Assembly (NCBI GenBank): GCA_951406725.2
Contig: OX597832.1
Location: forward strand, 16,058,001-16,122,000
Direction: 5' to 3'
DNA: 64,000 bases
DNA from: Octopus vulgaris
Lineage: Eukaryota
In this document: positions 13,730 to 27,999 of the stretch, one piece after another
Layout: the number at the start of each line of letters is the position of its first letter
Numbering within the stretch: position 1 is the first letter of the stretch
Translations under genes and position numbers: made by a program
Notes under the pieces: generated by a model
Told to the model about the DNA's origin: nothing
Database searches by the model: none
Seen by the model: the letters and a program-made list of their open reading frames with translations, nothing else

Positions 13730-13830
13730 TAAAACACGGTAATATAACAAAAGAAAGAAAGATACCTCAATATTATGTATATATAGGAAATTTAACTATA
13801 AAATAATATGTTACATTTACTCAATAGCCA

Positions 13831-13893
13831 AGATAAAACTCTGAGTTTCAGATGCCGAAGTGGAAATCAACATCACCATCTCTTCGGTTATCT
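13831..13893 (-). ncRNA. Hammerhead-like motif in the Naiad pLTR (variant core CCGAAGA); second copy at 16049-16111 on +
   Basis: agataa CCGAAGA gatg...catc t GAAA ctc-a-gag TT ttatct: stem I agataa/ttatct, stem II gatg/catc, near-loopless stem III. Confidence 0.55.
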
Positions 13894-14584
13894 GGCCATC
13901 TGAAAAACGCTATGAAAAAATACCGTTATATAAAGGGAAATTACTGTATTATAATTTTGCTCGCGGAACCACGTGCTTACTTATACGTCACTATGAAAAC
14001 GTACACAGTTTCACTCGCATTTTTCGCCAAATATATACGCATATATATATAACCTCATACACACACGCGTACCGTAAAAGTTCATACATACGTCTATATA
14101 TGCACAAACACAAGAAAAACCATGGTTAAATATAACAGAAAAAACAAGGATGTATACTAAGCATAAAAACCACGTTCATATACGGACATGCCCCTATGCA
14201 CTCATACACACACACGCCCATATATGTACATACCCGCACATATTTATATACGCATACATACACACGCATATACAAAAAAATGAATATACATATGTGCCCC
14301 CGAAAAAAAAAATTGAAAAATTCTAAGTAAAAACGTCTATATATATATATGTGCATTCTTATGCCCGAACGCATGCACACATCTAAAACTGCCCACTCAT
14401 ACATATTCACACACGTGTACAAATGAATCTATATACATTTCTATATAGGCACAGGAAAAAATGCAGGTTAGAAAAGTACAGAAAAAATTATTACGTGTGA
14501 AAATATAGAAATATGTAATAATAAAAGGTATAATGAGATAATAAACTTTTTGGGACATAACATAGAAAGCAAGTTCTATCTCTT

Positions 14585-15990
14585 TTAACGTAACAAAACT
14601 TTAGTCACATTTGGGCATGATCCGAAAAGTTCTGTCCTTGAGTTTAGACATTTAGTAGGGTCTAAGCTGCTTTTCCAGGCAAGCCATCTCTCCATGTCGC
14701 ATAGACCGCACCTTCCGCTGCCGTTGGTATAGGTTTTACATTTGGCCAAAATCTTCCAATGGATGTTATAATCGACACCTTTATCTTTTAAAGACCAAAT
14801 ATGATTAGATAATTTTGTCGCTTTTCTTTTGTTCCAGTGCCTAAGACTCAAGGTGTGGGTATTGAACCTGGCCTTGAAATTACCCTCTGTAAGGCCCACG
14901 TATTTCTTCGTAGAAACGGTGTCTTTAGTGGTTATAGAGTCTACGGTAGCTTCATAGATGATGGTCTCGGACATGCAACCTCCATCTAGCGGGCACAATT
15001 TTTTATTCCTGCATGAACAACTGTTTTCTTGTTGTGTTTTTTGTGTGTTATGTTTGATTATATTTTTAAAATTGGTAGTAGAACTAAAACTAATTTTTAA
15101 ATTGTGTTCATTGAATAGTTTCCAATACGTATAGTTAACTGGGAAATGTCTATCTATCAGTGTTAAGAAATATTTACCTATATTGAAGGTGAGTAAGGGG
15201 GCGTAAACCAGATGATCTTCCTATTACTATTTTTCCTCTTCTTTACTGTTGGGCTAGTAACAGGTGTATATTTTATTTTTTCGCTAAAACCACTATCTAT
15301 TAAAGCCTTATTATAAACTGGGGCAACGCTATTAAAAATGTCCTTATTGAAGGAGAGGCTAAAAATTATCTTACTAATATTTTTAACTAAATTTTTGAAT
15401 ACTATAGGGGGATGGCATGAACCTACACTAATATAACTAAGTCTATCATTGGGCTTCCTATAAGGCTTATAAATATTCTTATTTAGATCTAATATCCTTC
15501 CTAAAATGATCCTGTGCTGGTCCATTTGTATTAGCGGATAAAGCGAGGGCATCATCTTTGTAGATGGCGAAATATACATCAGGAAATGTCTTACCTAAAG
15601 TATCTAGGAAAAAAAATCCAATAAGATCGCAAATGCCTGCTCCATCATATGACCTCATGCTCACATCGAAAGCACACTCTGTGTCGATATTTTTGACTCA
15701 CTTTGCGTTCTCACTGAAAAGTAAGGTCTTTCTAGCATGGAAGATTATGTCCTTATCATTTGTACTGATTTCTATGAAATCGCTAGCGAAGACGAGGGCT
15801 TTATCTAGCAGTTCTTTAGAGATAGATGCATAAAAATCAACAATATCGAATTGTGTAAACCTTGCTTTTTTCTAATTCTTAATGGCTTTAAACCAGTGTA
15901 CGACTTCTATACTATTGGACCATTGTACTAGCCTAGTAGCGGTCTTAATTTTCGCATTTATTTTATCTAAATTTTCTTTACTAATAATCC
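14585..15990 (-). pseudogene. Disrupted Penelope/Naiad reverse transcriptase - GIY-YIG endonuclease ORF
   Basis: RT motifs FDIVDFY, FDVSMRSYDGAGICDLIG and YKDD; thumb RKIIWFTPPYS; Cys knuckle CSCRNKKLCPLDGGC; endonuclease IIYEA..YVGLTE..FKARFNTH..LSNHIWSLK..RCGLCDMER..LNSRTELFGSC; stops at 15872 and 15698 plus frameshifts. Confidence 0.92.
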
Positions 15991-16167
15991 CAATACAGTA
16001 ATTTCCCTTTATATAACGATATTTTTTCATAGCGTTTTTCAGATGGCCAGATATCCGAAGAGATGGTGTTGTGGATTTCCACTTCGGCATCTGAAACTCA
16101 GAGTTTTATCTTGACTGTTGAGTAAATGTAACATATTATTTTATATATATATACTTTATATATATTT

Positions 16168-16255
<88 letters not shown>

Positions 16256-16735
16256 CTAATAATTGTCTCATTCATTTACCACCATTCTATCGCTTTGATT
16301 ATTAAATTTCATCGTTTTTGATATTGCAATCTCTTACCAAATTTTCTTCTAACAAGGTCTACATATATATATATATTGAGACTACAGTTCTACGTTTTAA
16401 TTCCCATGTGGATTTATTGTGAATTATATTTCAGCAGTGAATTTTGCACAGTTGCATTTCCTACGTGACATTGTATCTGCTAGGACTTATGTGCTGTAGA
16501 AATGTCATAACACGTTACATATGGCAGTCCAAAACTAGCTAAATAAATAAAAGCAAAAGACATATCGTCTTTATTATTTTCTAGCATGCAACAAACAATT
16601 CGCTGTTTATTTTCTTTCTTTCTATTTTTCTTTCTTTTTTTCTGGTGGGATTCGATATCAACAATTTTCAGCAGTTACAGCGCATGTTTACTTCTGCATG
16701 GAAATATTACATACATACGTGCTAATATGTATAAA

Positions 16736-17470
16736 GTAAAGAATATTTGCCAACATATTGTGGCAGTCCCGGTTGGGACGAATGTTACTGTTGTTTAGCC
16801 CCAGAAAACATCGCCTTCCGCCGGCTATACGACACACTATACATGTCCTTATAATTTCGAACAGGGTAGTTTAGCATACCCACTTAGCACAACGTAGCGT
16901 AACCTCTAGCCAAGTAGTTATTCTGTGTCTAGGAAAGGGATTAAACAAGAAACCTTGGTTCACAGATATTGCTTCGTTGTGAGTGAGGATGCTAAACTGT
17001 TCGGAAATATTAGGGCATAAATAGTGTATCGTATGGTCAGCAGGAGATGATGTTCCCTGTAGCTAAAGAACAGTAACATTCGTCCAGATCGGGACTGCTA
17101 CATTATACTGGCAAATAATCTTTACTGTAAAGTACCTTTACTGAATGTCTCTCGTTGCGAGATTTAGAAATAATAATGTTTCTACTTATTAGATCAGTGG
17201 CTGTGTGTGTCGCTTTGAAAATTATTATATTTCCGAACCGAGGAATAGAAAATAACGCAGAAACCGCGGTCCAGAGATATTGCTGTCTGCTTAGTGGGGA
17301 TGTTAGGCTCTCCTATTCAAAAGTATAAGGACACATATAGTTGTATTATAGCCAACAGGAGACGTTGAATCCAGGGTCTAAACTGCAGGAACATCCGTTA
17401 TATTTACTTTAAAGTAAATTTACGGAATTTCTCTCGTTGAGATATTTTGAAATAAATAATGTGCCTATTT
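16736..17470. repeat. Three diverged copies of one unit: an inverted pair plus a direct copy
   Basis: gcagtcccggttgggacgaatgttactgttgtttagc (16763) is inverted at about 17061-17098; 16950-17180 is repeated at 17260-17470. Confidence 0.7.
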
Positions 17471-17996
17471 ATACGTGTGTGAGAGTGAGTGTGCCTTTGT
17501 CTGTATGCCTTGTATGGGAAGCAACAATAACATCTTTCAAATAGCATTTCAAATAGAGTTTATTACTTGAAAGCAATATTTAGTAACACTGCGTGTACTT
17601 ATCGTTTTTTGGTATTCCTCTTTTCACGTTTTCTTCTTCTATTCAACTCTATGCCTACCTGTTTCTTCTCATTAGTTTACCTTAATGATTTTCTAAATAC
17701 TGTTTTAGTTTTACGTCTTTTATCAAATATATTTTTTTTAATATATGAACCGTGTTCATGGATTCTGAAGATTTACCTCCCTTCTGACAGTTTACCTTAC
17801 ACATCGAGGCTTGTCAGCTGCTGAAGCTAAAGCCTAGATGTCACTACAGATCAGAACTTGCGATATACGCCACATTGAGAATCTTTCAGGTTTTTTTTTT
17901 TCCATTTTCCTATATGTACTGCATAGGTGTGATATCGACTTAATCTTGCTGCAGAACTGAATACGAAGACGTCCATATATATATATATATATATAT

Positions 17997-18546
17997 AACA
18001 TTATTGGTGAATTGAAGAAATGGAGCTGAACGCAGATTGAACAGAAATCGTTTTATTTCATTCTACACGTGTTTCGAAAGGCACAAATTACCAAAATCCG
18101 ATGGAATAATGGGACCATATTGTGTCTTTCTCTTCAGGAAGAAAATAGGAAACCCGTTGGAAAAACAAAAACAGAACAGAGGCGGAGCAAAAACAAATGT
18201 TTTTGCTCCGCCTCTGTTCTGTTTTTGTTTTTCCAACGGGTTTCCTATTTTCTTCCTGAAGAGAAAGACACAATATGGTCCCATTATTCCATCGGATTTT
18301 GGTAATTTGTGCCTTTCGAAACACGTGTAGAATGAAATAAAACGATTTCTGTTCAATCTGCGTTCAGCTCCATTTCTTCAATTCACCAATAATGTTCTAA
18401 TTTCAATTATCCGCACCAACGCACGGTTGCAACACCATATGGTTGTACCTCCAACCGTGCTGTTTTACTGCTGTGATTTTTGCTACTAAGGTATCGGTTA
18501 AACTTTTGATTAATCTACTACAAGATTATTCATCTTTCTATTTCAC

Positions 18547-18550
<4 letters not shown>
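17997..18550 (+). mobile_element. Fold-back pLTR-like insert with a perfect 400-bp palindrome, flanked by (TA)n
   Basis: Arms 17997-18195 and 18198-18396 are exact reverse complements (2-nt loop); the right arm continues about 154 bp to (TA)n. Confidence 0.9.
18253..18332 (+). ncRNA. Type-I hammerhead ribozyme motif (mirror copy at 18061-18140 on -)
   Basis: ttc CTGAAGA gaaagacacaa...ttgtgcctttc GAAA cacgtg TA gaa: canonical core, extended stem II, palindromic stem III, GUA triplet. Confidence 0.8.
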
Positions 18551-18607
<57 letters not shown>

Positions 18608-18984
18608 CAATTGTTGATTACATATGCAGATGCGACAGACATAGACTCAATTGCTGCAGTGACAACAGACGAGATGACACAGCAGCTGTGTTTTATCTTG
18701 TTATATATTTATTTTACCTTTATATATTATTTAATCTTTGTATATATGAGACATAATGTGGATTGTTACTTATTCCATCTACTCCTACATATTAAATTAA
18801 AGATTAGAGACAACGATATATATATTCCTAAACCTTCTATATTTCTTCTTTTTATTCTGGATTACATTTCTCCGACAACTACATTTATGTGAATCATCTT
18901 TTGCATAGGCTGCGAATCATCATGTCTCTATATATTAACTGTAGCCTGATGGATACTCCACGTATGCTGGGCAGAAACATGGAT

Positions 18985-19050
<66 letters not shown>

Positions 19051-19117
19051 TATGTGTATGTGCACATATATTTATGTACAAGCACATACATATACAAATT
19101 TATGGGTATACGTGTAA

Positions 19118-19152
<35 letters not shown>

Positions 19153-19175
19153 CATTTATATATATATATACACAG

Positions 19176-19226
<51 letters not shown>

Positions 19227-20010
19227 TGTATATGTATGTGTATCTATGTGCTTATACATGTGCTTATACATATATGTATATATATATATATGTATGCATA
19301 AATAAATCTATATGTATGTGTGGGTGAATGTCCATTTGTGTGTGCGCGTGCGTGTGTGCTTGTATGTATCTAAGCGGGTGTATGGATGTGTGTATAATTA
19401 ACTTGCTAGATTTATAACCTTTTGATATTGAGCAGGGTTATATCTCTATGTGAGTCTACGCGCGCGAGTGTGTGTGCGTGTGTGTGTGTGTATATATATA
19501 TGTCTGTTTAATATATTCTGTGATTATGGAAATAGTGATATAGACAACATTTCTGTTAAATATAGACAAGAGTATCTCAAAAAATAGATGGAGCCTTCCA
19601 TAACTTTTCTTTGAACTGCATAGAGACATACGATAGTGAAAATCATTTCCCAAAATTATTGCACATTAATTTTTGAGGTTGTTGTTTGTTACGTTTATTT
19701 ATTGCGATCATACGATGTATAAACTTCGTTTTCTTTACATTCACGTACGCAAATGCGATATGGTTGATACACTTTATATACGTCCTCCATTATTGCGTTG
19801 TAATTACATAATATATATTTTTGTGTATGCTTGCGCATGTGCGTATTTGCTTAGCAAGAGAGCGAGAAAGATGACCAAGTGCGTGCATGTATGCATATAT
19901 ATATATATATATATATATATAAATCCACATCATCGTTATAAACATATAGTCACACACACATTAGAACAGACACAAACACACACAAACTCATAAGCACATA
20001 TGCACGCACA

Positions 20011-20041
<31 letters not shown>

Positions 20042-20145
20042 GTAGAAGCGCTCGCGTTATATATTTTCGTATAAAAATACGACACAAACAATAAAATATA
20101 TTTATGCATATGCATATATAAACCACATATTTCCTCATGTGCATA

Positions 20146-20186
<41 letters not shown>

Positions 20187-20889
20187 CATATATAAATATG
20201 TAACATATATATATATGTATATTCATGTATACGTATACATATATATAGATTCTTGTATACATATATGTACATATATACGCATCTTTATCTACAACTATGT
20301 ATATTATTTCCCAAAATTATATTTACACACACACACACATACATATATATATGTATATATATATGTACACACACATATATAATTATATATACATAGGCAT
20401 TTCAACTTCATATTACATGATATAATGTTCTCTTCTTATTTAAGCTACAAATATCGCAGCGGAAAAGAAAAATGTTACACATCTCACTCACAAAAATCTA
20501 TGTATTAGAAAAATATGAATGATTAAAACAATGTATTAGAATAAAGGTATTCTTCTAACCCCTGCAACTTGTTTCTATGTATTAAACCACAAAACCTGTA
20601 TACGTAGCATACAAAGAATCAAGATATAAAACCATGAAATTTATTACTCTTTCAAAGAACTTAGAAATGGTTTCTGGAAAAAAAAATGTAAATATAAGAA
20701 AACACAAAAAAATATCTCGAAAATAACGGCTTAATCTCAATAAATATTCCTTTGAACTGGCATCATATGATGTGTAAGAGTGGAGGTCACATAGGGTTTT
20801 AAAAAAGGTTTATGATCGAGACGGTAAAGTCCTCGCTATCTCATGGCAGCTGCTGTTTGTTATATTCCAGAAAATGTCAGCATTATTAA

Positions 20890-21365
<476 letters not shown>

Positions 21366-21424
21366 GGCGTAATCGAAACAGTAACAACTGCAGCAATCTT
21401 ATAATTTGTAGTTCCTGGGATTCA

Positions 21425-22510
<1,086 letters not shown>

Positions 22511-22775
22511 GACACCTTCTCTGTGTAAATCACTTCCTCTGTAATTCACATGTGATATGTCTACATACTAATTGTGCAAATACCACAAATAGAAAAAGTA
22601 ACAAGAAATATTTAAGCAACGGCGAGAAGCCATAAATTTCCCACCTCTCTTATGCAAAGCAAATTCTCCTTCATACAATTTCTATCATTTCCCAGATCAT
22701 TCACTGTCATCTCATCTCTCACTTTTTATATAATACCCACCCATACACACATATATGAATCGTTTTATATTTATG

Positions 22776-22838
<63 letters not shown>

Positions 22839-22853
22839 TATATATATATATAC

Positions 22854-22943
<90 letters not shown>

Positions 22944-23689
22944 GCATATATACTATATACGTGCACATATTTATCTGAATATATTCAGAAACACATACTT
23001 GGAGAAAGAACCATAGCACACAAAATTACATTGGCATATACTATGTATGTTTCATGGTTTTGTTTGTATATCTATCCATCAACACAACTTACTAACACTA
23101 TCCAGACAGCATTAATAATTTTGTGCATGTACGTAAATGCTTGTAGTTTATGACCAGATGCAAAGGGGCAAGTATCAAACAAAGAAATTGTGGAAATATT
23201 TATGTATTTTTGTTATATTTCAGGTGTTATTTCTACAATAATGTTACTTATATTTCTCTTCGTTTTGTACATAAAAACATACAAAAATTCTTCCTTATAC
23301 AGACGGCTTCCGATCGCGTTGCACTAAAAATGATTTAAGTTACTAACAGAACATATAGGAATCTATAGATGTCATATGTTCTCAGTAATTTAAGAACTTC
23401 GTGCTGCTATAGACGCCAAATATAAGTGAATTTTGGCTATAAATAAGGAATTTTTATATCTCGAACTATGTTCTTTGTATATTTGCTTCAGTTGAGAAAA
23501 TCAATAGGGAAACAGAGTTTCGTCTTTCTGTCGAGTTAACATTACAAATAAAGTCGAACAGACATTTTCTAAATATACATGCAGTCTTGCACAAATACTC
23601 GGACGCATGCACACGTGCATAGATTCGTACGTACGTAAATACATCCCAGAATTACAAGTACGTTTGTATGTCTATTTGTTTCTTTATGC

Positions 23690-23753
<64 letters not shown>

Positions 23754-24345
23754 GCATAAAGAAACAAATAAACATATATATATATATATATACATGCAAA
23801 CTCACCCGTCCTTTTGGCGTCGGTTTCATTTATCATAATGGCTCACACATTTGCACGGTTTAATTTTAATCAGCTAGCATTTCGATGTCGTTTCAAGTTG
23901 GTAAACATAAACTGTATAATTACCAATTTCGTTGAAGTTTATTATATGGTATTAAGCAACCGAGATAATGAATAAAATTTTGAGCACAAATTTGGCTGTT
24001 AGTAATAGATGAAAGTTCATGGAATGAGATCGTTTTATAGCATGTAGTTATTTTACTCGGAATGTTTGACAGAACCGCATTGACGCCTTTTTCAATGAAA
24101 GTCATGTATGATACACAAAAACAAACATAACGAACACACAATTAGAATAATGGTATGTACAAAAATAAATATCCGAGGACACTTCATATCGTAATGAGTT
24201 GTGAAGGAAGAAGAGTATTTGAAGGAAATGGACTGTTAACACCAATCACGGAAATAATTCAATGCATAAATGGTATTCTTGCAGGAAATTTGATACCTAA
24301 CGGCCACTGTTTGGCGTAGATGTCAAGATTACAGTAGATGGATAT

Positions 24346-24960
24346 CTATTGTAGGGATGTTTTGCAGACGACATTTTTGTATTTTTCTTTCAGCAGCGTA
24401 GACGAATAAGTTTTCTGGATGGCCAAATCTAGAGAAACTGATGCACAACTCTCCTTGTGACAAGGACAATTTTTGCTGCCCAATCCAACAACTTTCAGTA
24501 ACTGAGCCTGTGCTTTGTTAATTGCCATGGCGAAACTGAAATCAAGAGAGAACTGAAGTCTCTGCATGGTGTACGAGTAGTCTTTTGGGGTTAGCCGAAA
24601 TGTCGGAATAAATGCGGTATCGTTTTTGCCGTGCCACGTGATAATATGGGCTTCAATTACGCGGCCCATCAATTGTTTGACCACAAGGCGAACTCCATTG
24701 TATAGTGTGGGTTGCGTTTGGATTGCGTAGGAGACTGACAAGGCAAACAGCTTTTAAATGAAATTCATGGGGATGGAGTCCTGAAGGAGGTTGCGAGTTG
24801 AAAAATTGTGTTTGAGAGTGTGAAATCTGATTGAGTTCGGAAACGGTGTCGGCTGATCTGTAATATCGTTCTTGGGAAGGTAGCTTACTGAATAAGTTGC
24901 AGTGAAGACTGGTGAAGGTTGCATTTGTACGTGCAAGCACAGTCATGTGCTAACGTTCAA
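24346..24960 (-). pseudogene. Helitron PIF1-like helicase C-terminal remnant
   Basis: FFNSQPPSGLHPHEFHLKAVCLVSLLRN, then after a frameshift LYNGVRLVVKQLMGRVIEAHII..AFIP..QRLQFSLDFSFAMAINKAQAQLLKVVGL (cf. RxQFP..AMTINKSQGQ..VGL). Confidence 0.88.
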
Positions 24961-25574
24961 ATATCGGCAGTTTGCAGTGAATGATCATTGTAAAAACTGT
25001 ATAACTATCACACTTTTGTATGAGTAAAAGCAGAGGGAATATATGATATGGATTAATTTTTGAATGCATTTAAAAATAATTAAAAATTGATTTAAATTGC
25101 ATGGCTACGTCAAGGAAGTGTTAAAGGGAAAATATCGGTGGTTTACAGTGAATGGCCAATTTAAATATTATAGTAAAACACGTAGTGAAAATACGTCATC
25201 AAGACTAATGTCCCTTGAAGTAATGATTGTTGGTATTTGTTACGTACCTATGAGAATGTGTTTTCGTCCCTTAGGGGTGATATTATTCATTATGTGAACA
25301 ATTCAAAGAGTCTATGACCATCTCTGGAACATAAGAGATGTATGTTCCCAGCGAGAACGAAATCGAATGAAAAATATTGATTTTAAGGGGGATCAAGTAA
25401 AAGGTCCCTCCTCTCACTCTCTCTCACTCTCTCTCTCTCTCTCCACACATACATACACATACACACACACTAACCCACATCTTCCGTTTCACAATATATG
25501 CAACATATGGTATATATGTATACGTATAAATATATATATATATATGCACATATATATACACATATATATAAAAT

Positions 25575-25790
25575 ATAAGATAAGATCAATTAATGAATAA
25601 TTTAACCAAGTAGTCAGTACGTTAAATTATCTTTTAAAGGTGAAATATATACAAAATATTCTATAATTATATGCATAAATATAAGCATAATCAGGAGTCA
25701 GATAGCTGCTTCGCTACGTACCGAAATTAGAACTAGTAGCTAAAACCATTTCAACTACCATAAATATCTCCTAGACAATAACATATTTAT
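25575..25790 (-). mobile_element. Degenerate pLTR-like fragment, same family as 59417-59880
   Basis: Reverse complement gagatatttatggtagt...ttctaatttcggtacgtagcgaagcag matches 59743-59810. Confidence 0.5.
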
Positions 25791-26096
25791 GTAATCAAAA
25801 AGAAAAAAATGATGAAACCACATGATTTCAATTAATTACACTGAGGAGAGAAATAGGTAAATATAATATACTTTCATCTCGATACGCGTCTGTAATTAAA
25901 CGAAGTCATGTGAATGCATAACTTTTTTTGTGTTTGCCTACATAAATGTGTTATTGTCTCGGAGATACTTATGATAGTTGAAATGGTTTTAGCTTGTCTT
26001 TTTTAATTCGGTATGTTAGCTGACCACTGATTATAATTATATTTATGTATATAATGATGGAATCATATTGTTTTGATCCACACACACACACACACA

Positions 26097-26176
<80 letters not shown>

Positions 26177-26565
26177 CATATATACATAAATGCATATATA
26201 CGTAAATCTACCTATGTATATATGTATGTATGCTTACATATCTATGTGCTTGTATGTATGTATATATATATATGTATATATATATGTATATATGTATATA
26301 TATATATATATTTGTATATGTATATGTATATCTAACTATCTATCTATATATCTATCTATCTATCTATCTATGTACCATTCACTTCATATTGCAGTGAAAC
26401 CGGTCGACAACATCAGTACGTTTACATATAAAATAATCTAAAACTATGATAACTGTGCCTTTTTTTCTTTTATTATAATTATATATATATTTGCATTACA
26501 ACTCGCCACGTGGGCATAATTTAACTTCTCTTCCACCCATTCCTTTTTAAGATATGTGTGTGTGC

Positions 26566-26625
<60 letters not shown>

Positions 26626-26639
26626 ATGTACCAACATGT

Positions 26640-27420
26640 TAAATTCATTGTTCCATGCCAGACTGTAAAGTAAATAGATCCATAGTTCAATTTTGTCCAC
26701 TACTAATATTGTCTGCGTAAGTCCAGTGGTGATATTTTGTGTATTACAATAGCATTTTTTCCTTCTGTCTATCATATATATTTGTCTGTTGTCTAATTAG
26801 TAGAAGCTCCATTAATGTGATACTCCTGATTTATGGGTACCCTTTTTATAACTCTTGCTAATATCTCTCAGTAAACACCTCTTATTGGCAATATTTATAG
26901 CAACAATTACAACTAAATGCAATGTAATATCTTATTTAATTATTATTTGCACATCTTTGTAAGGCGTTCTTCCTGAAGGGCGTATTATGTAAAGATGCCA
27001 TTGTCAGAAAGTTAAAAAATTCTAGCAGATATGTTCATTAGTAAAGTTTCAACAATTAATTTAGCCATATATTGTAAACTTCAAGTGTTTCTGGAGGATG
27101 GGTATTAACATTTCCTAATTGCTGTCAAGAAAATTGACTAGACTAGAATCCAATGCACAAGTAATGAATAAGATGCAATTATTAAGCAATATATAAATGA
27201 CTTCAGGCAGTGCCTTATAAACAGAAGCATAATAATTTGTAACTGTTAATAGGGAATCCTCATGGAGCATTTCACTATATACGTGAGACAAAATATGTAT
27301 GACCTCCCAGTCAAGAATATTTCCTATTAAATATGGTATCTATGAGACATATGCAGTTTCTATACCATTTCAAAATATATGAATCCCAAATTTTTGGGCC
27401 AGTTGTCACCTGCTGCTTTT
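26640..27420 (-). mobile_element. Highly decayed RTE-type LINE 3' region
   Basis: Terminal ITTGLTQTILVVDKIELW resembles the RTE C-terminal DTGL...DRxxW; upstream similarity is weak. Confidence 0.35.
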
Positions 27421-27999
27421 TAATATATTTCATTTAATTTTATTTAAACTATCGATTCATCAAAAGGATTACGGCGAACTAACAATATTCTATTGAAAGT
27501 GGTTTGCAATTATCAGTTGTAACGTATAACTTAAAACATTCGATAGAGTAGGGGCTATATTTACGTTTATGCTAGGACAAGTACCTACTTACAATTCCCC
27601 ATTGCTGAAATACCGGAGTGTTAATTAGTCTAACTGAGATATTATGAATAAGAGTAAGATAATCCTTAAAGTTTAATATAGAAATCATGCATCAAAATTT
27701 AATTCAATTATTTATATACCGAATGTTTAGCACTTATGCAAAGAAAATATTTCCTTGAAAATTTTTATAAATATTATGTCCTGAACTTTCTTAATATTAC
27801 ATCCTTATACTTGTACTTCTCCAGGAGATAGGTATCTCATAAATTCTAATTATTTACTATGTGGTTTTAAGACTTTGATAAGCAGTGGTAAAATATTGGC
27901 AATTTGTTCTCTTTGTTATATATATACACTCGAAGAAGAAGTTTATTGTCCATTGACAAGGAATAACAATCAATGATTTGTGATCATACCAACTCACTA

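Larger units (their letters stand above)
13726..16142 (-). mobile_element. 5'-truncated Penelope-like retroelement (Naiad-like) with inverted partial pLTR, inserted in (TA)n
   Basis: RT and GIY-YIG remnants; 13800-13950 and 15992-16142 are about 96% identical inverted repeats; TA tracts on both flanks. Confidence 0.9.

Noticed and set aside
13852-14052. Duplicated peptide MPKWKST..SGHLKNAMKKYRYIKGNYC (also 15872-16090)
   Set aside because: Antisense translation of the pLTR; in the second copy it is fused in frame to the truncated RT by chance
15698-15700. In-frame TGA in the Naiad-like RT as possible selenocysteine (some Naiads are reported selenoproteins)
   Set aside because: It falls where Trp is expected (K-W-VK context), and the copy also has a TAG stop and frameshifts, so it is best read as decay; no SECIS recognised
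18037-18356. Near-identical 97-aa and 78-aa ORFs on both strands
   Set aside because: A consequence of the DNA palindrome; no protein motif
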